Shown: positions 9,573 to 19,700 of the stretch, in pieces
How positions within the stretch are numbered: position 1 is the stretch's first letter
Layout of the letters: each line of letters opens with the position of its first letter
DNA from: an uncultured bacterium
Lineage (GTDB): Bacteria > Bacteroidota > Bacteroidia > Bacteroidales > Bacteroidaceae
Direction: 5' to 3'
DNA length: 64,000 nucleotides
NCBI GenBank assembly: GCA_946628295.1
Contig: CAMOWI010000002.1
Coordinates: 11,596-75,595 of the forward strand
Notes under the pieces: model-generated
Seen by the model: only the letters and a program-made list of their open reading frames with translations
Database searches by the model: none
Told to the model about the DNA's origin: nothing
Position numbers and translations under genes: made by a program

Positions 9573-10595
9573 ATGGCAAACGAAATAGAGAAGAGGAATG
9601 AGGTCTTCCTGATTTATCAGGATGAAAATGGGATTGCTCGAGTCAATGTGAGATTCGAGGGCGAAGATGTTTGGTTGAACGTGGAGCAGATCATGGAACT
9701 GTTTGATGCTTCGCAACAGGACGTAAGCTACCACATTAAGCAGATTTATGCCGATGGTGAACAAGATGCGGAACGAACTCACAAAAAATTTTTGTTAGTT
9801 CGCCAGGAAGGTAACAGGAGCGTGCGGAGAAACATGAGCCACTACAATCTGGACATGATTATCGCTGTGGGCTATCGTGTGAAATCGCAGGTGGCCACAC
9901 GCTTCCGTCAGTGGGCTACCCAACATCTGCGTGAATTTATCCAGAAAGGGTTTACGCTGGATGATGACAGGCTGAAAGGGAAAGGCAATAGGTATTTCCG
10001 TGAGTTGCTGCAACGCATTAGGGACATCCGCAGTAGTGAGCGCAACCTGTATCAGCAGGTGACAGACATCTTCATTACAAGCATCGACTACGATCCCAAC
10101 GCCAATCTCACTCGAAAGTTCTTTGCTACCGTTCAGAACAAACTGCACTACGCTGCCCATCAGCATACGGCGGCAGAGGTGATATATGAGCGTGTGGATG
10201 CAGAGAAGCCGATGGTGGGCATGACAAATTTTAAGGGTGATTATATCACCAAGGAGGATGTGCAGATTGCGAAGAACTATCTGACGGCAGAAGAACTGAC
10301 GTACTTGAATCTGTTGGTATCACAGTATTTGGACTTTGCCGAAATTCAGGCTTTGCAGCAGATTCCTATGAGGATGGCGGAATGGATTGAGAAACTGGAT
10401 AGTCTGATGACTCTCTCTGGCAGACAGTTGTTGGTGGGCAAGGGAACTATCAGTCATGAAGAGGCGAAAAAGAAGGCTATCGCTGAGTTTGAGAAGTATC
10501 GTAAGTTGGAGATGTTGCAGTATGAAAGTGACTACGACAGGGCCATCAGAGAACTGATACAGAAAGAGAATAGCCTGCCAAAGAATGAGGGATGA
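9573..10595 (+). CDS. RhuM family protein (second paralogue)
   Basis: YNLDMIIAVGYRVKS, FRQWAT, KGFTLDDDRLK, LLQRIRDIRSSE, FFATVQNKLHYA. Own promoter motif TACTTTTG at 9542-9549. Confidence 0.9.
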   Translation: MANEIEKRNEVFLIYQDENGIARVNVRFEGEDVWLNVEQIMELFDASQQDVSYHIKQIYADGEQDAERTHKKFLLVRQEGNRSVRRNMSHYNLDMIIAVGYRVKSQVATRFRQWATQHLREFIQKGFTLDDDRLKGKGNRYFRELLQRIRDIRSSERNLYQQVTDIFITSIDYDPNANLTRKFFATVQNKLHYAAHQHTAAEVIYERVDAEKPMVGMTNFKGDYITKEDVQIAKNYLTAEELTYLNLLVSQYLDFAEIQALQQIPMRMAEWIEKLDSLMTLSGRQLLVGKGTISHEEAKKKAIAEFEKYRKLEMLQYESDYDRAIRELIQKENSLPKNEG

Positions 10596-10657
10596 AAATA
10601 AAAAGGATAATATGGCAAACGAGATACTAATTATAGGAGTTGGTTCTGCTGTGGTCA

Positions 10658-11219
10658 AAAGGGTGTTGTTATCATCCGTCGGCCTGATTCGCTGTCATTT
10701 GCCAACCCCGGTGATATGCGTCCAGGGCTAAAGACTGCATTGAGTGGCGGCACTTCTGATGCACGAAATGCTACCATCATGAAGATGTTTGGCCTGCTTG
10801 ACTTCGGAGAACGGGCTGGCAGTGGCATCCCTGATCTATTTGATATCTGTAACTCGGAACTCGGTACACAGCCAGATTACGACGTCACTTACGCTCCTGC
10901 CCGCACAACATTGACTATAGACACTAGTAAAATGGCGCGCACAAAGCGGACGATAAAAGCGGACGATAAAGTAATAATGGACGATAATGACAAAGCGGAC
11001 GATAAGCGGACGATAAAAGCGGACGATAAGCGGACGATAATCATTGAGTACATCCATAGGAATGGTGAAGCAAAAACAGAGGATCTTGTGAAACTTTTAA
11101 GTTCCAGCACAACAAGAATAAAGATGCTTCTTTATCAACTGGTGGATGAGGGCGTACTTGTCTCATGTGGCGGGAATAGAAATCGCACATACAAACTGAA
11201 AGAACAAGAACAGTCGTAG
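10658..11219 (+). pseudogene. C-terminal part of an ATP-binding/HTH regulator (RecG-C-terminal-like domain plus winged HTH), 5' truncated
   Basis: Upstream in-frame GVVIIRRPDSLSFANPG, then RNATIMKMFGLLDFGERAGSGIP and a C-terminal wHTH (LYQLVDEGVL...GGNRNRTY). The N-terminal domain is missing. Confidence 0.6.
10946..11040 (+). repeat. Coding tandem repeat GCGGACGATAA
   Basis: Exact copies at 10946, 10959, 10995, 11006, 11019 and 11030, plus a variant near 10978. Confidence 0.9.
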
Positions 11220-11221
11220 CC

Positions 11222-11470
11222 TTGAAATTTACTCCTGATATCAAGTTCGTAAACGATGAGACGCTCAATGAGTTTATTGTGACCGTTGAGCGTAGAGATG
11301 TAGGAGAAATTGATGTTAAAAATGATAGAGATAGTGATAGAGAAGACAGAGATAATCCCGTCCGTGTGAACGGCCAGGTGAGCCTGATCAGCGACTGGTA
11401 CGAGTTGTTCGACGTCAGGGAGGGGCAGAAACTGTATGTGGCTCCCGAGAAGCGCTTCTATATATGGTAG
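11222..11470 (+). pseudogene. Chimeric remnant: repeat copy 2 joined to the C-terminus of an M13-family (PepO-like) peptidase
   Basis: The tail RVNGQVSLISDWYELFDVREGQKLYVAPEKRFYIW resembles the conserved M13 C-terminus ending in IW. Confidence 0.6.
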
Positions 11471-11495
11471 TCGGATATCCTGCTGGAGGATGTGA

Positions 11496-13751
11496 CTAAT
11501 GCTGATATCGAGCGGCGCGTAGAGCCATGTTCTCGCGAAGCTGGTCGCGATAGAGCCATATCTCCCGGGAGTGATAGTTGCCCTCAACGCCCAGCAGCGG
11601 CAACACATAGTCCTGGGCAGTGAATCCTTCGACGATGAGCAGCCCCTTCGCCGTGTCAAGGTGTATGGTCATCGTGTCCTGCTTTTGCTCCGCTACGGGC
11701 AGCAGGGGCGATGGCTCAGTGATGAGTGTGGCGCGAGTGCTGTCGGTCTTCCAGTTGACGGGATTGATGGCCATGATACTCTGTTCCCAGCCTCGCATGG
11801 TGCAGCTTGTGTCGCGGACCGAGTTGTAGCAGATGGTGACGCCCGTATCGTCGGCCCTTTTGGCAGGCACGATGTGGGGAGCCGTCTCATGAATAGCGAT
11901 GCCGATGGCATAGGCTGCTATCAACTTCTGGTAAGTATGGTCGTCCATCTCCTTCAGTAGCTCCAGCATGATGTGTGCACCCTGGCTGAACCCTGCCAGG
12001 ATGAAGGGGCGACCGCCGTTCTGGTGCTTCAGATAGTGCTTGAAGGCCCGTCGCACATCGTCTGTGGCCAGGGGCATGCGTTCAGCCGTCAGACTGTCGC
12101 TCTGGAACGACTGTAGGGAGCATTGCCTATAGTAGGGCGAGAAGAAGTTCAGCCGTCCGCTGACCAGTGTGTCCACGCCCAGCATCTCGGCATAGAGTGG
12201 TGCGCGGAGGCTGTCGCTATAGGTATCGGCCCAGTGGCACATCTCACCGTTGGGAAGCCTGTAGTCGCCCGTCTCGGTAGAGATGATGTAGAATACGTCG
12301 GCAGCGGCCTGCCGGTTGGTGACATACCACTGCGTAGAGTCCTGATAGTCGGGGGCTGCAGGGATGCTCTTGCCATCGCTGCAAGCGCTGAGCGACATTC
12401 CGCCGGAGAGTGCTATCGTGGCGGCTACAGCCATCTTCAGCGTGAAGCGGAGGCGAGAGAAGTGGTGGAAGGCAAAGATCATGAGTGCCTCCACGAGATA
12501 GGCGATGAGATAGCTGTACCACAACAACTCCGGCGCCCACCTGGAGACAGCCCACATGACGGGAATGACCGTCAGCGAGAGGGCGAAGGATATGAACAAG
12601 GCCATGCGGTGATGTCCGTAGAGCTTATAGACAATCATGAGTGCATAGATGTAGCAGAAGGGAATGAAGCTCAGGGCGAAGATGCGCAGGGCTCGGCTTC
12701 CCTCTGCTATCGTGCTTTCGTCGGATGCCCCGAAGAACTTCGTTATCGCTTCGGGCACAATCCACACAAACACACAGGTGAGCACCATGGCTATGGTGAT
12801 GAACCAGAAGGACTTGTGCAATACCATGCGAAAGGTCTCGTTGTCTCCCTTGCCCACCTGGATGGCCCCCAGCGACTGGATGGTGCGGCACACGCCGGCC
12901 AGGAAGAGATTGTAGATCTGCAGCAGATTCATGCAGACGGCAAAGGCAAAGATGCCGACGCGCCCCACTGACGACAGCACAATGGTATTGGCACTATAGA
13001 GCAGCAGCGTCAGGCAGATGGAGGCAACGGCCAGGGGAGCCCCCTGGGAGATGATGCCGCCCAGGGCGGGATGGTCGTGCTGCCATGTCATTCGCAGGTG
13101 ATTGCCATCAAAGAAATAGTGGCGGCACATGATGGCAATGCCGACAAGATGGCCCATGACGGTAGCGGTCGAGGACGATGCGATGCCCCAGCCGAACACC
13201 TGGATGAACACCACGTCGAGACAGAGGTTGACGGCGTTGTCGACCATGATGGCGAGGCTCACCAGGCGCGGACTGCCATCGACACCCACCATCGTGCCCA
13301 TGGCCCACACCATCATATAGGCAGGTGCGCCGAGAAGCATGGGCTGGAGGTAGTCGAGCGTAGGCTGGAGCAGCAACTCATTGCTGCACAGCCATCCGGC
13401 AACGGTGCCGGGGACTGTGAGTCCTGTGAGGGTAAGCAGCAGGCCCACCGCCAGGCACGATGCCATCGAGACGGTATAGATGTAGGCGGCGCGGGCCATG
13501 TCTTTCTTTCCCAGCTGCATGCCTACCAGCATACCCGCTCCTGTGGAGAGCAGCATGCTCAGGGTGTACATAAACTGGATGACTGTCCGCGAGATGTTGA
13601 TGGCACTCACTGCGTCCTCGCCTATCAGGTTGCCCACGATGATACCGTCGATGACGGCTCCTAAACAGCCGGAGAGGGCAATGAGTATTGACGACCATAG
13701 GAATCGCCAATACTCTTTGTTGAATGAAACTCTGTCTTCCTGATTCATCAT
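11496..13751 (-). CDS. MATE efflux transporter fused to a DUF3089-like alpha/beta hydrolase
   Basis: N-terminal ~435 aa multi-TM with IDGIIVGNLIGEDAVSA and NLCLDVVFI. C-terminal domain with ADVFYI, FSPYYRQ, GRPFILAGFSQG, INPVNW. Confidence 0.85.
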   Translation of the reverse strand: MMNQEDRVSFNKEYWRFLWSSILIALSGCLGAVIDGIIVGNLIGEDAVSAINISRTVIQFMYTLSMLLSTGAGMLVGMQLGKKDMARAAYIYTVSMASCLAVGLLLTLTGLTVPGTVAGWLCSNELLLQPTLDYLQPMLLGAPAYMMVWAMGTMVGVDGSPRLVSLAIMVDNAVNLCLDVVFIQVFGWGIASSSTATVMGHLVGIAIMCRHYFFDGNHLRMTWQHDHPALGGIISQGAPLAVASICLTLLLYSANTIVLSSVGRVGIFAFAVCMNLLQIYNLFLAGVCRTIQSLGAIQVGKGDNETFRMVLHKSFWFITIAMVLTCVFVWIVPEAITKFFGASDESTIAEGSRALRIFALSFIPFCYIYALMIVYKLYGHHRMALFISFALSLTVIPVMWAVSRWAPELLWYSYLIAYLVEALMIFAFHHFSRLRFTLKMAVAATIALSGGMSLSACSDGKSIPAAPDYQDSTQWYVTNRQAAADVFYIISTETGDYRLPNGEMCHWADTYSDSLRAPLYAEMLGVDTLVSGRLNFFSPYYRQCSLQSFQSDSLTAERMPLATDDVRRAFKHYLKHQNGGRPFILAGFSQGAHIMLELLKEMDDHTYQKLIAAYAIGIAIHETAPHIVPAKRADDTGVTICYNSVRDTSCTMRGWEQSIMAINPVNWKTDSTRATLITEPSPLLPVAEQKQDTMTIHLDTAKGLLIVEGFTAQDYVLPLLGVEGNYHSREIWLYRDQLRENMALRAARYQH

Positions 13752-13760
13752 TCTGCTATA

Positions 13761-16700
13761 TTATTCGAAGAATCCGAAACCACCGATAGCCGTGAGCATA
13801 CGCTCCACATAGTCCCACGAGGTAGGACTCCAGCTGAAGCCCAGGCGATAGAGCACCTGCGTGGTGTAGTCGTTGTCGCGAGCGACGTCGGTGGTCTTCT
13901 GTCCGTGAGCCATATCCTTGTAGGCCAGCAGTGCGGCCATTTGCTTGGCTTTCTGCGGATCCTGACCAGCCTCGTCCATGGCCTGCTGGAACTCCTCCTG
14001 CTCCACGAAGCGTATGCCGCCCGTCACCGACGACAGCCCTGAGAGCACGTCGCCCAGGAACTGTCCGTGGATGTTGTAGGGATGGAATACGGTACACTCC
14101 TTCGGCGTGGTGGCCAGCAGCACAATGGCGTGAGCCACCTCGTTGATGGGCGAGAACTCTACGCGCATGTTGCGCATACCATGCGGACAGCAGCCCAGCA
14201 TGTTGTAGATGCGTATGCGCCCCATGAACGAGTTGGTAGAGAAGTTAGCCTGGAACTCACCGTCGGTAGAGCGGGCAGCGAGATTACCCACGCGCATGAT
14301 CTTCGCACTCAGCCCGTGCAGGGCTACGGCATCGAGGATGAGCCGCTCGGCCATGAACTTCGAGTAGATGTATTGGTTGCCGAGATACTGACCCATGTAG
14401 AGACGCTGCTCGGTGAAGGTCTCCTTAGAAGCCTCCCCAAGGGAGGCCTCCACCCACAGTCCTCGGGTGCTGGCGGTAGAGATATGCACCAGTTTGGCAC
14501 CTGTCTTGATACAGAAGTCCATGCAGCGCTGGGCTCCGCCGATGTTTACGTCCTCAATCTCCGTGCCCTCGCTGAAGTGCTTCACGACGGCAGCACAGTT
14601 GAAGACGGTGGAGATATTTGTGGCGATGGTATCGCCACACACCTGGCACAGGTCTTCGGTGACGTCGCCAAGCACCACGTGAAGCCTGCTGCCGAAGAGC
14701 GCCTTGTAGGAGTCGGAAAAATAATAATAGAGCAGGGTGCGCAGGCGGCTCTCGGCCTTCTCGACCGTCTTGCCACGCACCAGACAGTAGATGTTCTCGG
14801 CATCGCAGCTGATGAGCTCGTGAAGGATGTGAATACCCAGATAGCCAGTGGCACCGGTTATGAGCACATTGCCCAGTCGCTGGCGCTCGCCGCTACGGAA
14901 GAACCCGAGGTTGTTACGCTGCAACAGGTTGTTGATGGCAGTGTAGTCGAAATTGGCAATGGGATCGCTGGCGTCGGCATTGTCGTCGGTCGACTCACCA
15001 GTGACAAGACGGGCCAGCTTGCGCGGCGTCGGGTTGGCAAAGACCTCACCATACGACACGTGGAGTCCGGCTTTGTCGGCCTCGATGATGACACGCGTGA
15101 CAACCAGCGAGGTACCGCCGAGTTCGAAGAAGTTGTCGGTGGCACCCACACGGTCCATCTGCAGAATGCCGGCAAAGATGTCGCAGAAGCTACGCTCGGT
15201 ATCGTTGGCTGGTGCCTCGTATGCGCCGCTGACGGCTAACTGGGGCTCCGGCAGTGCCTTCAAGTCGGTCTTTCCATTGGGTGTCATCGGCATTTCCGCG
15301 AGCTGCAGGTAGGCCGTGGGCACCATATATTGCGTCAGGCTCTTGCTGATTTCCGCCTTCATCTTGGTAATATCGATGGGGCGGTCGGCGGTAAAGTAGG
15401 CGCAGAGGTGCTCCTTGCCGCCTATCTGCCGTATCATGATGACCACATTCTTCACACCTTCCACACGGGCAATCACATTCTCCACCTCTCCCAGTTCGAT
15501 GCGCAGCCCGCGCAGCTTGATCTGGTGGTCCTTACGTCCCAGAATGAACACGTCGCCATCGGGAGCCCACTTGGCATAGTCACCAGACTTATAGATACGT
15601 GTGCCGTGATAGTCGATGAAGCGTTCGCGCGTCATCTCGTCGAGGTTGTTATAGCCACGAGCCACACCACGCCCGCCAATATAGAGTTCACCTACGACAC
15701 CAACTGGTAATTCATTGCCGTCGCTGTCGACAACGAACTCCCTGACGTTGAGCTGCGGACGACCTACGGTGACGCGCTCGGCATGAGTCAGCTCCTGAAT
15801 GTTCGACGACACGGTAGTCTCTGTCGGTCCATAGGTGTTCAGAATACGCGAGGGTGTGAGCTTCTGCATCTGATGGAGCAGGCTTTCGGGCAACTTTTCG
15901 CCTCCGAAGCGGATGATTGGTACGTTGCGGATAGCCTCCACAAATTCGTCGCTATAAATCCATGTCTGCCATTGTGAGGGCGTTGCCGACACATAGCCTA
16001 TATGGTGCTCGTTGATGAGCGAAGCCATATCCAGCGGATTCTTGGTCTGTTCCTCGTTGGCAAGCACCAGCGTAAGTCCGTTGAACAGCGAGATGGCAAT
16101 CTCGTGCAGCGAGGCATCGAAAGATATCGTGGTAACAGCCAAGATGCTCTCGGCAGCGTTGGCCACGGCGTATGCCTCCACGTTGGCGGGAAGAGGCGTA
16201 GAGTAGTTGCACATCCCTTCGTGTCGCAGCATGACACCCTTCGGACGGCCTGTAGAGCCACTTGTATAGATCAGGTATGCCAAGTCGTCAGGGGTCAGTC
16301 GGGTCTGAGGCAGTGTCGTATCCTCCTCTTTGAGCAGCTCCTCGGCCACGTCGGGTGTGATAATCAGTTTTGCACCACTGTCCTCCAGAATCAGTTTCAC
16401 GCGGTCTGCAGGATATTCTGGGTCGCAGGGGATGTAGGCAGCCCCTGCTTTCTGAATACCAATCATAGAGAGTATAAGGCGGCTGGTTCGAGGCAGCAGC
16501 ATGGCCACACGGTCACCCTCGCGCACTCCGCGCTGTCGCAGTGCATTGGCGATACGGTTGGTGGCATGGTCAAACTCGCGATATGTGAATCGTGCATCGC
16601 AGGCTATGAGAGCCATGCGGTCGGGCTGTTCCTGGGCGTGATGAACAATGCTTTCGAAGAAGAGTTTGAAAGGAGCCTCGCCCGTATCTGTCACACGTAT

Positions 16701-19700
16701 CTTTTCTAACTGTTTCTCCTGGCTCTGGCTGACAATAGACAACTGCCTGACCTTGCCATCGGGACAAGCCATGATATGCTCCACTGTAGCAGCGATACTC
16801 TCAGCCAATCCCTGCGCCGTGGCCTCAGCATACAGGGCATCGTCATACTGCACCAATATGCCCCGCGACTCTATCTTTATATTGATCTTAAACTTGGGCA
16901 CATTCAGTTCGAGCAGTTCCTGACCTATAGCTCTGCCGCCTACGCTATATTCCGACAGCACCCCCACCTGATAGGCGTATGAGATAGCGGGATGCAGTCC
17001 GTAGTCGGCAGCAATACGCGCAAAGGGATAGTCCTCATGGCGTAATGTCTCGTCGAAGGTGTCGCTCACCTGATGGAGGTATTCACTTACCGTCACATCG
17101 TCAATCTTCAGTCCGAGGGCGAGGGTATTGACAAACATGCCCACCGTGTCGGCGATCTTCAGGTTCGAGCGGCCGTTGCTGATAGTGCTGATATACACTT
17201 CGCGGTTGTTAGTATAGCGCGAGATGACATAACTGGCGGCGGCGAGATACAGATGGGCTGGTGTGATGTCGTGCTCGCGGCAGAAAGCAGTGACGGCTGC
17301 GTTGTCGTCGTTGCTGACCGGGCAGAGTGCCTCACCGATAAATCCTTGCTGGTCGCTCTTGGGTAGGTCGGCAGGAATTTCGCTGGCACCCTCGCAGGTT
17401 TGCAGCTTCTCTGCGAAGAACTGCTGGGCGGACCTGAACGTGTCGTTGTCTTCAGCTTTCTGCTGGTCGTTGACGAAGTCGAGATAGGTGTAGGACTCTT
17501 TCCCGACGGACGTACCATCGAGCACCTGGCAGACCTGACGAATGAAGAGGTCGGCAGAACCGCCGTCGAACACCAGGTGGTGGACATCCATCAGCAGGTG
17601 GACGTCGCTCTCGGTCTTCACCACCTTGAAGCGGTAGAGTGGCGGCTTCTGCAGGTTGAAGGGCTGTACGAACTCGTTTTTATAGTCCGCCAACTGTTCT
17701 ACATCCATCGTGCTGACGGGAATCTCCACTGCGACGCTGTCGGCTATTGTCTGAATAATTTTATCGCCCTCGGTTGTGAAGTGGACATGCAGTTCGGGAT
17801 GACTCTCCACTACCTGCTTCACCGCATCGGCCAATCTATCGGCGTCAGTCCCTGTAGGGAAGGTAAGCATGTAGGGGATGTTGTAGATGGTAGACGTGGG
17901 ATTCTTCAGGCACTCATAATAGACACCCGTTTGGGCGTAGCTCAACGGAACGCTCTTTGAAAGCTCATGGTTGCCATCTGGCTGTCCGTCCTTGACCATT
18001 GAACCAGAGCCCTTAGCCATAAGTCCTTTCAGTATCTCGTTCTCAATGCTCTGCAGCGTGCCGCTCTTGACCAATGACTTGGAATCGAGGCTCACGCCGA
18101 AGCGCTTGTTCACCTGTACGGCGAGTTTGATGGCCGTGATAGAGGTAAGGCCCACATAGCCGAGCACGGTGGTGATGCCGAAGTCACTGTTGTTCACGAT
18201 GACGGCCACCATGTCTTTCAGTTCCTGCTCCAGCACGTTCAGGGGTGCTTGCTCTGACGCTTGCTGTGATACTGCAACAGACGGGACCGGTTCCGGCAGG
18301 GCGCGCTTGTTTACCTTCTGGTTCTGGTTCAGGGGGATGCGCTCTATCTGCATCGTCACGGCAGGCACCATATAGGGAGGCTTCTGGTCGAGGATGAAGT
18401 TATTCAGCGCCTCGATGTCTATCTGCTCGTCGCTGACGATATAGGCAGCAATAAACTTGCCGTTGCCTCCCTTATCGTCGAAAACCTGCACGGTAGCATC
18501 CTTGATGCCCGGGAACTCGCGGATAACGCCTTCCACCTCTTTCAGTTCGATACGGAAACCGCGAATCTTTACCTGTCCGTCTCTGCGTCCCACAAACTCG
18601 ATGTTACCATCGGGCAGGTAGCGTACGATGTCGCCGGTGCGATAGATGCGGGCGTATTTCTTGTCGTCGGTAAAGGGATTGGGGATATACACCTCAGCCG
18701 TTTTCTCAGGGCGGTTCAGGTAGCCACGGCTCACCTGAGGACCACTGATCCAAAGTTCTCCGGCGGCTCCTATAGGTAGCCGCCGACCTTGCGGATCGAC
18801 GATGTAGAGGCGTGTGTTGTCGAGCGGTTTTCCGATGGGGATATTCTTCTTTTTCTCAAGTACAGGATAGACGGTCTCATAGATGGTACACTCAGTGGGG
18901 CCATAGAGGTTATGCAGGATGTACCCCTTCGGAGGAGTGAGCGAAGCCAGTTTCTCGCCACCAGCGCAGAAATGCTTCAGCGAGTGGTTCTCGATAGTGG
19001 TGGCAAACTGATAGGCCACCTGTGTGGTCATGAAGGCGTTGGTGATGCCTTCACGCTCAAAATAGTCGTTGAGGGCTATCAGGTCGAGGCGCATCTCTTC
19101 GGGGATGATATACACCGCGGCACCACGGGTCAGGGCAGGATACATGTCCATCATACAGGCATCGAAGCCATACGAGGCATACGCTGTCACCTTGTCGGTA
19201 GGCTGCAGGTCGTAGTAGCGGTGATAGTAATGGATGAAGGCCACCATATTGCTGTGAATCAGTTGACAGCCCTTAGGCACACCCGTAGAGCCTGAGGTGT
19301 AAAGCAGGATATATAGGCTGTCGGGCTTGGGGCCTTCGGGCAGTTGGCTGACGGCGGGCAACGCCATCAATTCTTTCGTCAGCAGGACGTCGCCCTGATA
19401 TTCGTCCACGACGGGGCGCAGTTCCTCGTCGGCTATCAGCAGGCGGGCATTGGCATCCTTCATCATGAAGTTCAAGCGCTCCTTCGGATAGGTGGGGTCG
19501 AGCGGCTGATAAGCGCATCCGGCTTTCATCACGCCTAATGAGGCAATGGCCATCCACTCGCAGCGGGGAATAAGTACTGAGACGACATCCTCCAGCCTCA
19601 GTCCTTTTGAGGCGATGCAGCCTGCGATGCGGTCGCTGAGTTCGTCCACCTCTTTATAAGAATAGCGCTTGTCCTTGTAAACGACGGCGATGTTGTCGGG

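Noticed and set aside
10946-11040. Possible CRISPR array
   Set aside because: Repeats are only 11 nt, have no unique spacers, lie in a reading frame, and there are no cas genes.
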